Below, in pieces: positions 11,304 through 20,194 of a stretch of DNA of 64,000 bases. The DNA lies in assembly GCA_963709585.1 (NCBI GenBank), contig CAVPXI010000016.1:96001-160000 (forward strand). Direction: 5' to 3'. Every line of letters starts with the position of its first letter. Within the stretch, counting starts at the first letter, position 1. A program made the position numbers and the translations under genes. Origin of the DNA: Candidatus Dormiibacterota bacterium. Lineage in GTDB: Bacteria > Chloroflexota > Dormibacteria > Aeolococcales > Aeolococcaceae. Below the pieces are notes generated by a model that was given only the letters and a program-made list of their open reading frames with translations, had not been told where the DNA came from and did no database searches.

Positions 11304-12089
11304 CTACTGGGTGATGCGGTCCGAGCGGTCCCGAAACCGTGCCACAGCCTCGGAGATCGTTTCCTCGAGGTACTGGTAGAACACCCGGCGCTGGGAGATG
11401 TCGATCGCCGCCTCGACGTGGTGGCCTTCTCTGCGTCGCGCGATCCATGGGGGCACGCCGTCGGCGACCGCCTCGGTTCCCACCCGAACGTGCACGAGTG
11501 CGTCGTCGTCCTCCGCGACGTGCAGGGTCACGTTGAGGATGGGACCGGTGTGTTCGATGAGGCGCCAGCTGCGCTCCCATCGGGCGTTGCGGCGAACGTC
11601 GTGCGCGAGCCGCACAGCGTCGTCGACGAGGACGCTCTCGCCCGGCCGGGCCGTCCGAGCAAGCATCGTCCGGACGTTTTTGTCGATGTCACGGGCGATC
11701 CAGTCGACAAGCGACGGAGCGCGATCGTCGATGTCGGGACGACCGCTCTGATCCAGCGCCAGCTCACCGATCGCCTGCACAGTGCCTGCGTGCCGGCGGC
11801 AGTAGACGACGCCGCCGAGCGAGATGCCGTGCGCGGGACAGATCGTTGCCGGGCATGAGCGTTCGCGGCGGTCACGGTATGCACACAGCTGCGCGGTCAG
11901 GTTGCCGCAACCGCGCATCGTGCACGCAATTCCCGACGCGGGGCGAGCCGGATGCGGGGAGCGCTCTCCTCGGCGGAACAGTGCCGTTCCCGGCAAGGTT
12001 CCAAGGCGACGAAGCGCGCGCGTCTCCCTTCGGGGAGTCTCCGCAGTCGGCACGGCACAGTCCTCCATGTCCCTCTCGGGCGCCGTCAC
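11304..12089 (-). CDS. Hypothetical Cys/His-rich putative zinc-finger protein (paralog of 60738-61475)
   Basis: C-x4-C-x7-C-x9-C-x4-C-x2-H-x9-C-x2-H, plus RAPSLV, WERSW and VPPWI blocks shared with the paralog. Confidence 0.8.
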   Translation of the reverse strand: MTAPERDMEDCAVPTAETPRRETRALRRLGTLPGTALFRRGERSPHPARPASGIACTMRGCGNLTAQLCAYRDRRERSCPATICPAHGISLGGVVYCRRHAGTVQAIGELALDQSGRPDIDDRAPSLVDWIARDIDKNVRTMLARTARPGESVLVDDAVRLAHDVRRNARWERSWRLIEHTGPILNVTLHVAEDDDALVHVRVGTEAVADGVPPWIARRREGHHVEAAIDISQRRVFYQYLEETISEAVARFRDRSDRITQ

Positions 12090-12196
12090 CCTCGCCGGCG
12101 CCCCTGGCGTAATCAGACGCTACGGGCGGCTTCCGTGGCTTGGTGTGCGACGGCTTGCGATCCAGCGGTGACGTGGCGCAACGGCCATCGCTTGGA

Positions 12197-12577
12197 TTAT
12201 TCGGAGTCGGTGACGGACCTCGCCTTGAGCTCGTCGGCGCGCTCGTGCCAGAAGTCGAGGCGCCGCTCGAAGCGAGCTGCTTCGGCCATGAGGACCTTGA
12301 GGTCGGTGTCCTTGACCTCCGATTCCGCGTCGTCATTCATTGAGCTCAGCTGGCGCTCCGCGACCGCGAGGAGGCTGCGTTTGAAGTCGAGGAGCTCCGC
12401 GTAGACCTTGGTCCAGTGGACCGCATCGTCGACGTAGGCGGTGCGCTCGTCCTCGCCCTCGAGCAGACGTTCCGGCTCGACGGCGTCGAGCGCGGCTTCG
12501 CGTGCCTCCTGATGATCCGGGACGCGCTCCGCGCCCCGGTCCGCCCCTGAATCCTCCTGCGCTCCGGCGTCGTTCAC
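12197..12577 (-). CDS. Hypothetical acidic helical/coiled-coil protein
   Basis: LLEGEDERT..HWTKVYAELLDFKRSLL..RRLDFW. GTGA overlap with the upstream receiver gene. Confidence 0.7.
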   Translation of the reverse strand: MNDAGAQEDSGADRGAERVPDHQEAREAALDAVEPERLLEGEDERTAYVDDAVHWTKVYAELLDFKRSLLAVAERQLSSMNDDAESEVKDTDLKVLMAEAARFERRLDFWHERADELKARSVTDSE

Positions 12578-12957
12578 GACACCCATTTTCGCGTCGCTTC
12601 GGCGAGAAGTGCGGGCGGCGTGTGCGCCTTGATGAGGTAATCGTGCGCACCAAGCTCGCGACCGCGCTCGACCAGGTCGGGTTCGCTGTAGTTGGTGAGG
12701 ATGATCACTGGGATGGCGGCCGTACTCGGAGCGGCGCGGAGCTGCTCCAGGACGTCGAAACCGTGCATCTCCGGGAGGCCGAGATCGAGGTAGATCAGAT
12801 CGGGAGCGTCCGTGCTCGCACGCTCGATCGCCTCCGCGCCGGAGCCTGCTCGGATGACGTGGAATCCCTGAGCCTCGAGCTGCATCTCGTACATCGCGGC
12901 GACGTCCACGTCGTCGTCGACGAGCAGCAGCCGTATTCCCAGTGACCCATCAGGCAT
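12574..12957 (-). CDS. Single-domain response regulator
   Basis: LLVDDD, IYLDLGLP, ILTN, LIK. Overlaps the kinase stop. Confidence 0.88.
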   Translation of the reverse strand: MPDGSLGIRLLLVDDDVDVAAMYEMQLEAQGFHVIRAGSGAEAIERASTDAPDLIYLDLGLPEMHGFDVLEQLRAAPSTAAIPVIILTNYSEPDLVERGRELGAHDYLIKAHTPPALLAEATRKWVS

Positions 12958-14831
12958 GGACTCTCCCCGCTGGCCGGCTACGTCCGCGCGGCAGACGCAG
13001 CGTGAATGTACTCCCTTCGCCAGGCCGGGACTTGACCTCGATGTCCCCGCCCTCGGCCTGTGCCAGCGCGCGCGAGAGGTGCAGGCCAAGCCCGGTCCCT
13101 TGAATGCCGGCGGCGATCGCACTCTGGAGTCGTCCGAATGGTTGAAACAGCTTCGGCAGGTCTTCCTCGGCGATCCCGTCGCCGTGATCGGTGACGTCGA
13201 CGGCAACCCAGCCGGGCTCGTCACGAACCGCAATGGTGACGTCGGCGCTGTCGGGAGAGTACTTCAACGCATTTGACACGAGGTTGCCGAGGATCGTCGT
13301 CACCTGTTCGGGGTCCGCCCGAACCCGAATCCGTCCGGCCAACTCGACGTTGATCGTTCGCTTCGACCGGCCACCGGCCGGGACGCGTGCTGACGCCGCC
13401 ACGGCGCGTGCCAGCGCGTCCAAACCGACATCCTTGGCGTGCTGGCCGCGGGACCGAACCTCCATCCGGCTGGTGGTCAGCATCCGGTCGACGAGTTCGC
13501 TCATGTGACGCATCCGCGCCGTCATCAGGGGAACCACCTTGGCGATCGCTTGCGGTAATTCCCCGAGCGAGCCCTCCTCGAGCATCGAGAGATATCCGCT
13601 CACCAGCGTGATCGGGGCGCGCAGCTCGTGCGAGGCCAGCTGCAGGAATTCCGACTTCTGCCGCTCCAACTCAGCCATCCGCTGGGCGTGAGCCTCGAGG
13701 CGATCCAGCTCGGCGGCCTGGAGACCCTGGGCGCGCTGTTCCGCCGCATAGCCCTGCCAGACGAGTGCCGATGCGCGCGCGGCCAAGCCCATGATCCACT
13801 CATCCTGGTCGGAGAAGCCCGACTGCGAATTCCACGCGCCGAGAATTCCGAGGGGCACCGCGGCGGTACGCCATGGGACGGCGAGCACGTCCCTCGCGCC
13901 CAGGCGCGCGAGCACCGAGTCCGGACGCGTGACCTCCAAGGCATCGCCGTCGCCGAGCCTCAGCGCCTGACCCGAGACGAGGACACGCGCCAGAACCTCG
14001 TCGCCACTGGAATCGAGCCGCCCACGCGTTGGGGGACCCGATTGCTCCGTCGCGAAGGCGGATCCCTGGTGGAGCGGGACCAGTTCGGTGCCCGTGAGCT
14101 GCCAGAAACCAGCGCGCTCCGCGCCGACCAGGCGGGCGACAGTTTCGCTCATCTTTTCGAAGAAGGTCGCCGGGTCCAAACTCGAGGCGACGTGCCGCGA
14201 CATCTGCGTCAGTGAGTTCATGCCCGCGTCGCTGCGCGCTTCGGACCTCGTCCACAAGACGCGCGTTGCGCAGTGCGAGGACGGCGAGCAAGCCGACCTG
14301 CTGGAGCCCATCGAGCTCGTTCGCGACAAACGGCCGGTCACTTCGCCGGCTCAGGATCAGCACTGCCCCGACGGTCTCGCCCACGGACAGCGGCACGATC
14401 GCGGTATGGCGCATCGCCTTCAAAGCGGGCGTGATGTCGGGGTCAGAGGTGCCGCTTTCGGCGAGGCTGCCGCCCAGCACGATCGCGCCCGTGGTCACCG
14501 CCTGATACAGCAGCGGCTGCCTCGGCAACCAGGTCAGCGGATATTCGTGTCCGATGAAGTTGGGTGGCCCGCCGCGCTGATAGCTCGCCTCGACGCGGAG
14601 CACGTCCTGGTCGAGGCTCGTCAGGGTGCACCGGTCGACGTCGACGTTTTCGGCGGCGAAACGGACGAGGCGTCCCATGATCTGGTGCGGGTCGCCGAGG
14701 GAGACGACGTCCGCTTCGATCGACCTGGCGAAATTGGCCGTCGTCGGTGGGCGGGGATCGACGTCAGAGGCGGACGTGCTCGATGTCAATCCCGACAAGC
14801 TCCGGAGGCCGAGGGATGCCATGGGCGTCAA
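12950..14831 (-). CDS. GAF-GAF sensor histidine kinase (apparent frameshift at 14214-14219; start uncertain)
   Basis: GAF in ORF 13800-14831; second GAF, ASHELRAP, NLVSNALKYS and GTGLGL in ORF 12950-14341. Correcting GAGTTC to GAGTC joins them (..RRGHDSLTQM..). Confidence 0.85.
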
Positions 14832-15138
14832 GAAGTTGCAGACATTTGATGACGTATCGCGCCCCGGCGATGTTCAACCCGTACTGCCGGGTGAGCCGCT
14901 GAATCGCGCTCAGCGTGAGCAGGTCGCGTTGCGAGTACCGACGACGGTTCGTCGCGGTGCGCTCCGGCACACCGAGTCCCATGGTCTCGTACATCATCAG
15001 AGTCCGAGGGTGGCTCGCCAGGATCTCGGCGGCGACGCTGATCGTGTACAGCGGTTTGTCGAGATCGAGCATCTGCTCGGACGTGGGAACCATCATCTCA
15101 GCGGGCATCGGATCGAGTGAACCGCGCGCCCGGGACAC
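14764..15138 (-). CDS. MerR-family (HspR-like) transcriptional regulator, copy 2
   Basis: PLYTISVAAEILASHPRTLMMYETMGLGVPERTATNRRRYSQRD, highly similar to copy 1. Confidence 0.88.
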   Translation of the reverse strand: MSRARGSLDPMPAEMMVPTSEQMLDLDKPLYTISVAAEILASHPRTLMMYETMGLGVPERTATNRRRYSQRDLLTLSAIQRLTRQYGLNIAGARYVIKCLQLLDAHGIPRPPELVGIDIEHVRL

Positions 15139-15210
15139 TGCGACCGGCAGCGCGCAACCTGAGCAACACGACAGCGATTCTATACGTCAATCGCCGCGGC
15201 GCTCGAAGGG

Positions 15211-15414
15211 TCAGACGAAGCTCACGCTGGTCGCGGGGCGCTGGCGGAAGAACTGCACGCGGCAGTGGTCACAGCGGAAGACGAGGCGAAGTCCCATTCT
15301 CCCCAGCACCTCGGTGATCCGCGAGCTGCACTGCGGGCAGGTCGCAGCCTCGTCGAGGTAGGGGCCGACCACCGGCTTGACATCGAGCTGGATCGGCTTG
15401 TATCTGCGAGCCAT
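15211..15414 (-). CDS. Small zinc-ribbon protein (67 aa)
   Basis: CPQC-x18-CDHC, with a GGAGGT RBS before the ATG at 15414. Confidence 0.75.
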   Translation of the reverse strand: MARRYKPIQLDVKPVVGPYLDEAATCPQCSSRITEVLGRMGLRLVFRCDHCRVQFFRQRPATSVSFV

Positions 15415-15469
15415 CAAGTACCTCCAAAGTGCTGGGGTGGGTTCCCTGATCCCCACCGTCAAGAGCATC

Positions 15470-15505
15470 CTATCACAAAACGTGATAGTACCGTTATTGC
15501 TATCA
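15470..15505. promoter_or_regulatory. Overlapping inverted repeats in a divergent promoter region
   Basis: CTATCAC-AAAAC-GTGATAG (15470-15488) and TGATAG-N11-CTATCA (15483-15505). Confidence 0.55.
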
Positions 15506-15594
15506 TGGGATCGATGTCCGAAATGCTGTCCCGCGGCCGGGGAAAGACGGGTGGTGCGCCGATCCGGTCGCGATCCTTCAGACGGCGCCGGAGG

Positions 15595-15684
15595 ATGGAC
15601 CTCCGCACCGTTGCAACCGGTGCGGCGCTGTTCGTGGCGGCCGCCTGGACCATCATCTTCGGAGTGGGCGTGGTCCTCCGCTGA
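15595..15684 (+). CDS. Putative small single-TM protein
   Basis: MDLRTVATGAALFVAAAWTIIFGVGVVLR. Could start further upstream, before the RRRRR stretch. Confidence 0.4.
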   Translation: MDLRTVATGAALFVAAAWTIIFGVGVVLR

Positions 15685-15848
15685 CCCTGTCGCCGGCTCG
15701 AGCGTCGCGGCTGCCATCGACCGAACCGGCCGGCAGCGGTTGCAGCCGGGCTGGAGAACATATCGCGCTTCTGCCTGCTACCGTACAAAAGGCGGAAGTC
15801 AATTCTGGCCGAGGGAGCGCTGACTCCACCCGGCATGGAGGAGCAGTT

Positions 15849-16244
15849 TTGGAGGATGACGTCAAAGTCCTGCTGATCGAGGACGACGTCGCCGCCGCGG
15901 AGATGTACCGGCTCCGCCTGGCGGCCGACGGCTACTCGGTCGTGATCGCGCACGACGGCCAGGAAGGCCTGCGCATGGCAGCCGACGAAGCCCCAGACTT
16001 CATCTATCTCGATCTCCGCCTTCCCGGTCTCGATGGGTTCGAGGTGCTCGAGCGGCTCCGCGCCGGCATGGCGACGAGACACATCCCGGTGATCATCCTC
16101 TCCAACTACGGCGAGCCGGAGTTGCGGGAGCGTGGCATGAAGCTCGGTGTCCTGGAGTTCCTGGTCAAGGCTGACACCACCCCAGCCCAGCTCTCCGAGA
16201 GCGTCGAACGGGCGACCAGCCCGCGCGCACTGCCCTCAACCTGA
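15849..16244 (+). CDS. Single-domain response regulator (near-identical paralog of 9547-9954)
   Basis: DDVKVLLIEDD.AAAEMYRLRLAADGY..FIYLDLRLPGLDGFEVLERLR is shared with the paralog. GGAGGAG RBS. Confidence 0.9.
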   Translation: MEDDVKVLLIEDDVAAAEMYRLRLAADGYSVVIAHDGQEGLRMAADEAPDFIYLDLRLPGLDGFEVLERLRAGMATRHIPVIILSNYGEPELRERGMKLGVLEFLVKADTTPAQLSESVERATSPRALPST

Positions 16245-16262
16245 GGTCAGCGCGGCAACGCC

Positions 16263-17399
16263 GTGGCGGACCTGGCATCCACCTGGGATGATCCCGGGTC
16301 CGCCGACGACACGTCCCGCACGCTCCTCCTCGAGACGCTCAGGCTCGCCTCCCAGCTGGCCTCCGCACGCGGCCGCGAGCGCGAGGCGTCGCTGCTTCTG
16401 CTCCACAGCGATGTCCTGACCTGCGTCGCGGCGTCCGGGGTGGCGGGGAACGTGGGGCACGGGCCGTACCGCGTGACGGAGCATCCGGCGTACGAGCATG
16501 CGATGACCACCGGCGAGATCGTCGAAGACGCGTCACGCACCCTGTTTCCGGTGCGGGCGGCGGGCGATGTGACCGCGCTCCTGGTGATCGACGATGGAGA
16601 GGGGCTGGACGGCGAGCAACGAAGCAGTTTGACCTTGATCGCGCGCATCCTCGGCCTCGGCGTCGACCAGGCCGCGAGCATCGATGAGCTCCAACAGGAG
16701 GCGGAGCGCAGCCGCCGGCTCGAGCGGCTCAAGGGCGAGTTCCTGAACATCGCAGCTCACGAGTTGCGCAGCCCCCTCGGGATCATCCGGGGATATGCGT
16801 CCATGCTCAGTGAGGGAATGCTCGCGGAGCCGGATCGTGGCGTGGCGCTGACCCGGATCGGGGAGAAGACCGAGGAGATGGCGCGTCAGGTTTCCGAGAT
16901 GCTCGAGACCGCTCGCCTCGAGACGCTCGGCTTCGAGTTGCAGCTCGAACCGGTCGATCTCCTCGGGGTGGTCGACGACGCGGCGGAGGCGATGCGTCCG
17001 CTGTTCGGAGCCAACCACCGGTTCGTGGTCTCGGCGCCGCGCGACCCGATCGCGGTCGTCGCCGATCGGCGACGGCTGACGATGACGCTCACCAACCTCA
17101 TCGACAACGCGATCAAGTATTCGCCTGCGGGCGGGGAGATCGAGATCGGCTGTGAGCACGACGGCCGGGACGCCAGCATCTCGGTTCGCGACCATGGCAT
17201 CGGCATCAGCGCTGAGCAGGCCCACCTCCTCTTCACTCGATTTGGCCGCCTCGTCACGCCGGAGACGAGCCATATCCGGGGTACCGGGCTCGGCCTCTAT
17301 CTGGCCCGCGAGACCGCGCGCCTGCACGGGGGAGACATCGTGGTCACGTCAACGCCCGGGGGCGGCAGCACCTTCACGGTGATCCTGCCCCTCGCTTGA
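16263..17399 (+). CDS. Cytoplasmic sensor histidine kinase (degenerate GAF-like N-terminus)
   Basis: AAHELRSP, NLIDNAIKYS, DHGIG, GTGLGL. Confidence 0.9.
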   Translation: MADLASTWDDPGSADDTSRTLLLETLRLASQLASARGREREASLLLLHSDVLTCVAASGVAGNVGHGPYRVTEHPAYEHAMTTGEIVEDASRTLFPVRAAGDVTALLVIDDGEGLDGEQRSSLTLIARILGLGVDQAASIDELQQEAERSRRLERLKGEFLNIAAHELRSPLGIIRGYASMLSEGMLAEPDRGVALTRIGEKTEEMARQVSEMLETARLETLGFELQLEPVDLLGVVDDAAEAMRPLFGANHRFVVSAPRDPIAVVADRRRLTMTLTNLIDNAIKYSPAGGEIEIGCEHDGRDASISVRDHGIGISAEQAHLLFTRFGRLVTPETSHIRGTGLGLYLARETARLHGGDIVVTSTPGGGSTFTVILPLA

Positions 17400-17403
17400 G
17401 CGG

Positions 17404-17454
17404 AAAAGCAAAAAGTCCACCCCGCGCCGTGGACGTTGGCCGGCGGGATGGACT
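17404..17454 (-). terminator. Rho-independent terminator
   Basis: Stem AGUCCAUCCCG...CGGGGUGGACU followed by UUUUGCUUUU. Confidence 0.75.
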
Positions 17455-17498
17455 CTGCTGGGAGGGGGGTGGGGGACGGCGATCACCCGACCGCCGAC
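17404..17498 (-). ncRNA. Candidate C-rich small RNA with its own promoter and intrinsic terminator
   Basis: TTGACA (17534-17529)-N18-TAAGCT (17510-17505), then a 5' hairpin CGGCGGUC/GAUCGCCG, an unpaired CCCCCACCCCCCUCCC tract and a terminator stem plus U-tract. Confidence 0.55.
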
Positions 17499-17580
17499 CC
17501 TACGAGCTTAGTGATCCGTACCCCAGCCTGTCAAATTAGTGGGTAGCCGGGTTATACAGTTTTGTCGACCTTGTGGCAAC

Positions 17581-18087
17581 TCACGAGTTGTCCGCGACGT
17601 ACTCATCGGGATCCCTGTCCTCGATGCTGATGCCGCGGGCGCCCGCATGCTCGGTCTCGAAGGAAGCGAACGCTGAAGCCACCTCCGCCTGCTCGTCGGA
17701 CGAGGCGGCATCGTCGAACTCGATGAGCGGGCCCTGCTCCTCTTCGTACATGTGCTCGGTGTTGGCGTGCTCGGTGGCGTTGACGGCCTCCCACCAGGCG
17801 GCTTCGCCGATCCGCTGACCCTCGGCGTCGCGGATCGCGTCGCGAATCTCATTGTGGTCCCGGATGGCGTCCTTGGTGTCATCGGTCGCGTCGGAGTCGT
17901 CCTTGAGCAGCCGAGGATAGAAGAGCGCCTCCTCCGCCGCCGCATGGACCTCGAGCCGGGCCGAGAGCGCGGCCCACAGGGACGCGATTGTCCCAGCATC
18001 GTCCCGCGCGGCTTGCAGCGCCGCGAACTGGCTGCGGAACCAGATGTGGTCAAGGCGGATGAGGTCGGTGACCCGGGTGGTTTGCAT
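17581..18087 (-). CDS. Hemerythrin/HHE domain protein
   Basis: DH..., LEVHAAAEEALFYP, DHNEIR, EHMYEEE. Confidence 0.85.
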   Translation of the reverse strand: MQTTRVTDLIRLDHIWFRSQFAALQAARDDAGTIASLWAALSARLEVHAAAEEALFYPRLLKDDSDATDDTKDAIRDHNEIRDAIRDAEGQRIGEAAWWEAVNATEHANTEHMYEEEQGPLIEFDDAASSDEQAEVASAFASFETEHAGARGISIEDRDPDEYVADNS

Positions 18088-18163
18088 GAAGGCCGATATT
18101 CCTGACAGCGACCATATCAGATAGACGCCCATAATCAGGTACAAGTGAGCCAGACTCACTGCC

Positions 18164-18316
18164 ATGAACATCCCGATGACCCCTACGCCGATGCCCCCGC
18201 GTGAGCCGGACCCCGAGCCGGAGATCAAGGAGCCCGATCCCGAGATGCCGGAGGTTCCGGACCCTGACCGATCGGCCGAGACCGACGCGCCCGAAACCCG
18301 CCCCGAGCAGGAGTAA
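18164..18316 (+). CDS. Putative small Pro/Glu-rich acidic protein (50 aa)
   Basis: MNIPMTPTPMPPREPDPEPEIKEPDPEMPEVPDPDRSAETDAPETRPEQE. Fills the intergenic gap and is below the ORF track cutoff. Confidence 0.5.
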   Translation: MNIPMTPTPMPPREPDPEPEIKEPDPEMPEVPDPDRSAETDAPETRPEQE

Positions 18317-18368
18317 GCGCGTCTCGCGCGATCGAAGCCGTCGAGCGCGCTCAGGGTACGAGCCGCGG

Positions 18369-20168
18369 TCAGACGTCGAGGTGTCTTCGCAGAAAAGCGA
18401 GCATCCGGGGCGCAGCATCGAGCCGGTTGGCGCGCTTGGCAAGCCCGTGCCCCTCGTCGTCATAGATCAGCAATTCGCCGGCGATCCCGCGGGCGAGCAG
18501 CGACGCGTGCAATTGCCGCGCCTCGCCCACAGGCACGCGCGGGTCGTTCGCACCGTGAATCAGCATCAGGGGCGCGCGGATGTCGTCGACGTGGGTCATC
18601 GGCGACGCTTCGATGAGAAAGTCGCGGTCGGTGTCGAGAAATCCGTACTCGACCTCGCGGATCCGGCGCCGGTACGGCGAGGTGTTCTCGAGGAATGTCA
18701 CCAGGCTGCTGATCCCGACGGTCGCGATGCCTGCCGCCCACAGGTCAGGATAAAAGGCCAGCGCGGCGAGGGTCATATAGCCACCGTACGATCCGCCGAT
18801 CACGGCGGCGCGGGTGCCGTCGACACCGCGGTCGGGGAGCGACGCGTGCACCGCGGTGAGGTCTCCAACGGAGTCGAGTCGCAGCCTGCGATCGTCGAGT
18901 GAGACGAACCGGCGTCCCCAGCCCGCTGAGCCACGAACATTCGGCGCTACCACGGCGATGCCCTCGGCGACCAACCGAATGATGAAGGGATCGTACCGAG
19001 GCGCGAAGCGTGCCTCCGGGCCTCCGTGTACCACCACCACCACGGGGGGATTCGCGACCGGCGGTCGGTAGAGGAAGTAGGTGATGCGCTCACCGTCAAA
19101 TGAAGCGATCGTGTGCAGCTCGGGCGTGACCAGCGCTGGCGAGACGATCTGGTCGACCGGCAGCAGCCGCACCGGCGAGCCGCCGTCAACGGTGTCGATG
19201 CGCAGCGGAATCAGCGGCGTCGCGGTGGTCGTGTAGGTCAACAATGCCGTCGTGCCATCGGCGGAGAGCGACGGCCGCGGCACAAGTGGGAGCCCGAAGC
19301 CGGTGCCGGCTTCGGGCAGCTCGAGGTCGCGTATGTGGGCGAGGGTCTCCCCGTCATGGAGTTGGAGGCGAGTGATCGCGTCTTCGGCATGGACGACGAG
19401 CGCCGTACGGCCGTCGCCGCTCAGACTTGCCTCGCTCTCCCAGGTGGTGCTCAGCACGTAGTGCCAGGACGCCGTTCTCACGTCGTAGCGAGCGATCGAC
19501 ACGACGTCTTGACCAGCATCGGTGCTGAACAGGAATCCCGATGAGTCGGGATACCACGTTGGGGCGACGGAGGTTCCCGGCCCGGTGCGGTCCACCACGG
19601 TGCGCACCTCGGTGGTCTTCAGGTCGACGAGCAGCAGGTCGTCGCTGATCGCGAATGCGCCGTCAAGGCGCACCACCGTGAGCCAGCGGGCGTCGGGGGA
19701 GAAGCACTCGACGCGGTTCCAACCACCCTCGACGACGCTCCGGATCGTGCCATCCTCGCGGTCGAGCACGTAGACGTCGATGTCGACACCGTTTCGCTTC
19801 GTCGAGCAGAATGCGATGAGCTTCCCATCGCGACTGACGTCACCGAGATCGTGCTTGATGTTCTCTTCGACAACAAGCGCGCGCGGCTCGCCGCCGTTGA
19901 GGTTCACCAGCCAGAGCTGGTAGTTCTCGTTGCCGCCACGATCGACAGCAACGACGATGTCGTCGGCGCCCGGAATGTAGCGTGCGGCGGCGACAGGCTC
20001 GTCGAGGAAGGTCAGTTGGGTGAGGTCGCCGCCGTCAGCGGGCAGGCGATACACCTGCATGCTGCCGGTGTCGTCGCAGCGCACGAGGAGCTCGGCGCCA
20101 TCCGGGGCGATATCGGCGATGACTGCACTGCGCGCCGCCAGCAGGCGCGAGAGGAGCTCGTCGACCAC
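18369..20168 (-). CDS. S9 family prolyl oligopeptidase/acylaminoacyl peptidase
   Basis: HGGP, GGSYGG, NDPRVP, DEGHG, with a beta-propeller N-terminus. Confidence 0.92.
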   Translation of the reverse strand: MVDELLSRLLAARSAVIADIAPDGAELLVRCDDTGSMQVYRLPADGGDLTQLTFLDEPVAAARYIPGADDIVVAVDRGGNENYQLWLVNLNGGEPRALVVEENIKHDLGDVSRDGKLIAFCSTKRNGVDIDVYVLDREDGTIRSVVEGGWNRVECFSPDARWLTVVRLDGAFAISDDLLLVDLKTTEVRTVVDRTGPGTSVAPTWYPDSSGFLFSTDAGQDVVSIARYDVRTASWHYVLSTTWESEASLSGDGRTALVVHAEDAITRLQLHDGETLAHIRDLELPEAGTGFGLPLVPRPSLSADGTTALLTYTTTATPLIPLRIDTVDGGSPVRLLPVDQIVSPALVTPELHTIASFDGERITYFLYRPPVANPPVVVVVHGGPEARFAPRYDPFIIRLVAEGIAVVAPNVRGSAGWGRRFVSLDDRRLRLDSVGDLTAVHASLPDRGVDGTRAAVIGGSYGGYMTLAALAFYPDLWAAGIATVGISSLVTFLENTSPYRRRIREVEYGFLDTDRDFLIEASPMTHVDDIRAPLMLIHGANDPRVPVGEARQLHASLLARGIAGELLIYDDEGHGLAKRANRLDAAPRMLAFLRRHLDV

Positions 20169-20194
20169 GCCGTCATCTTCGCACCTGCCAGGAT

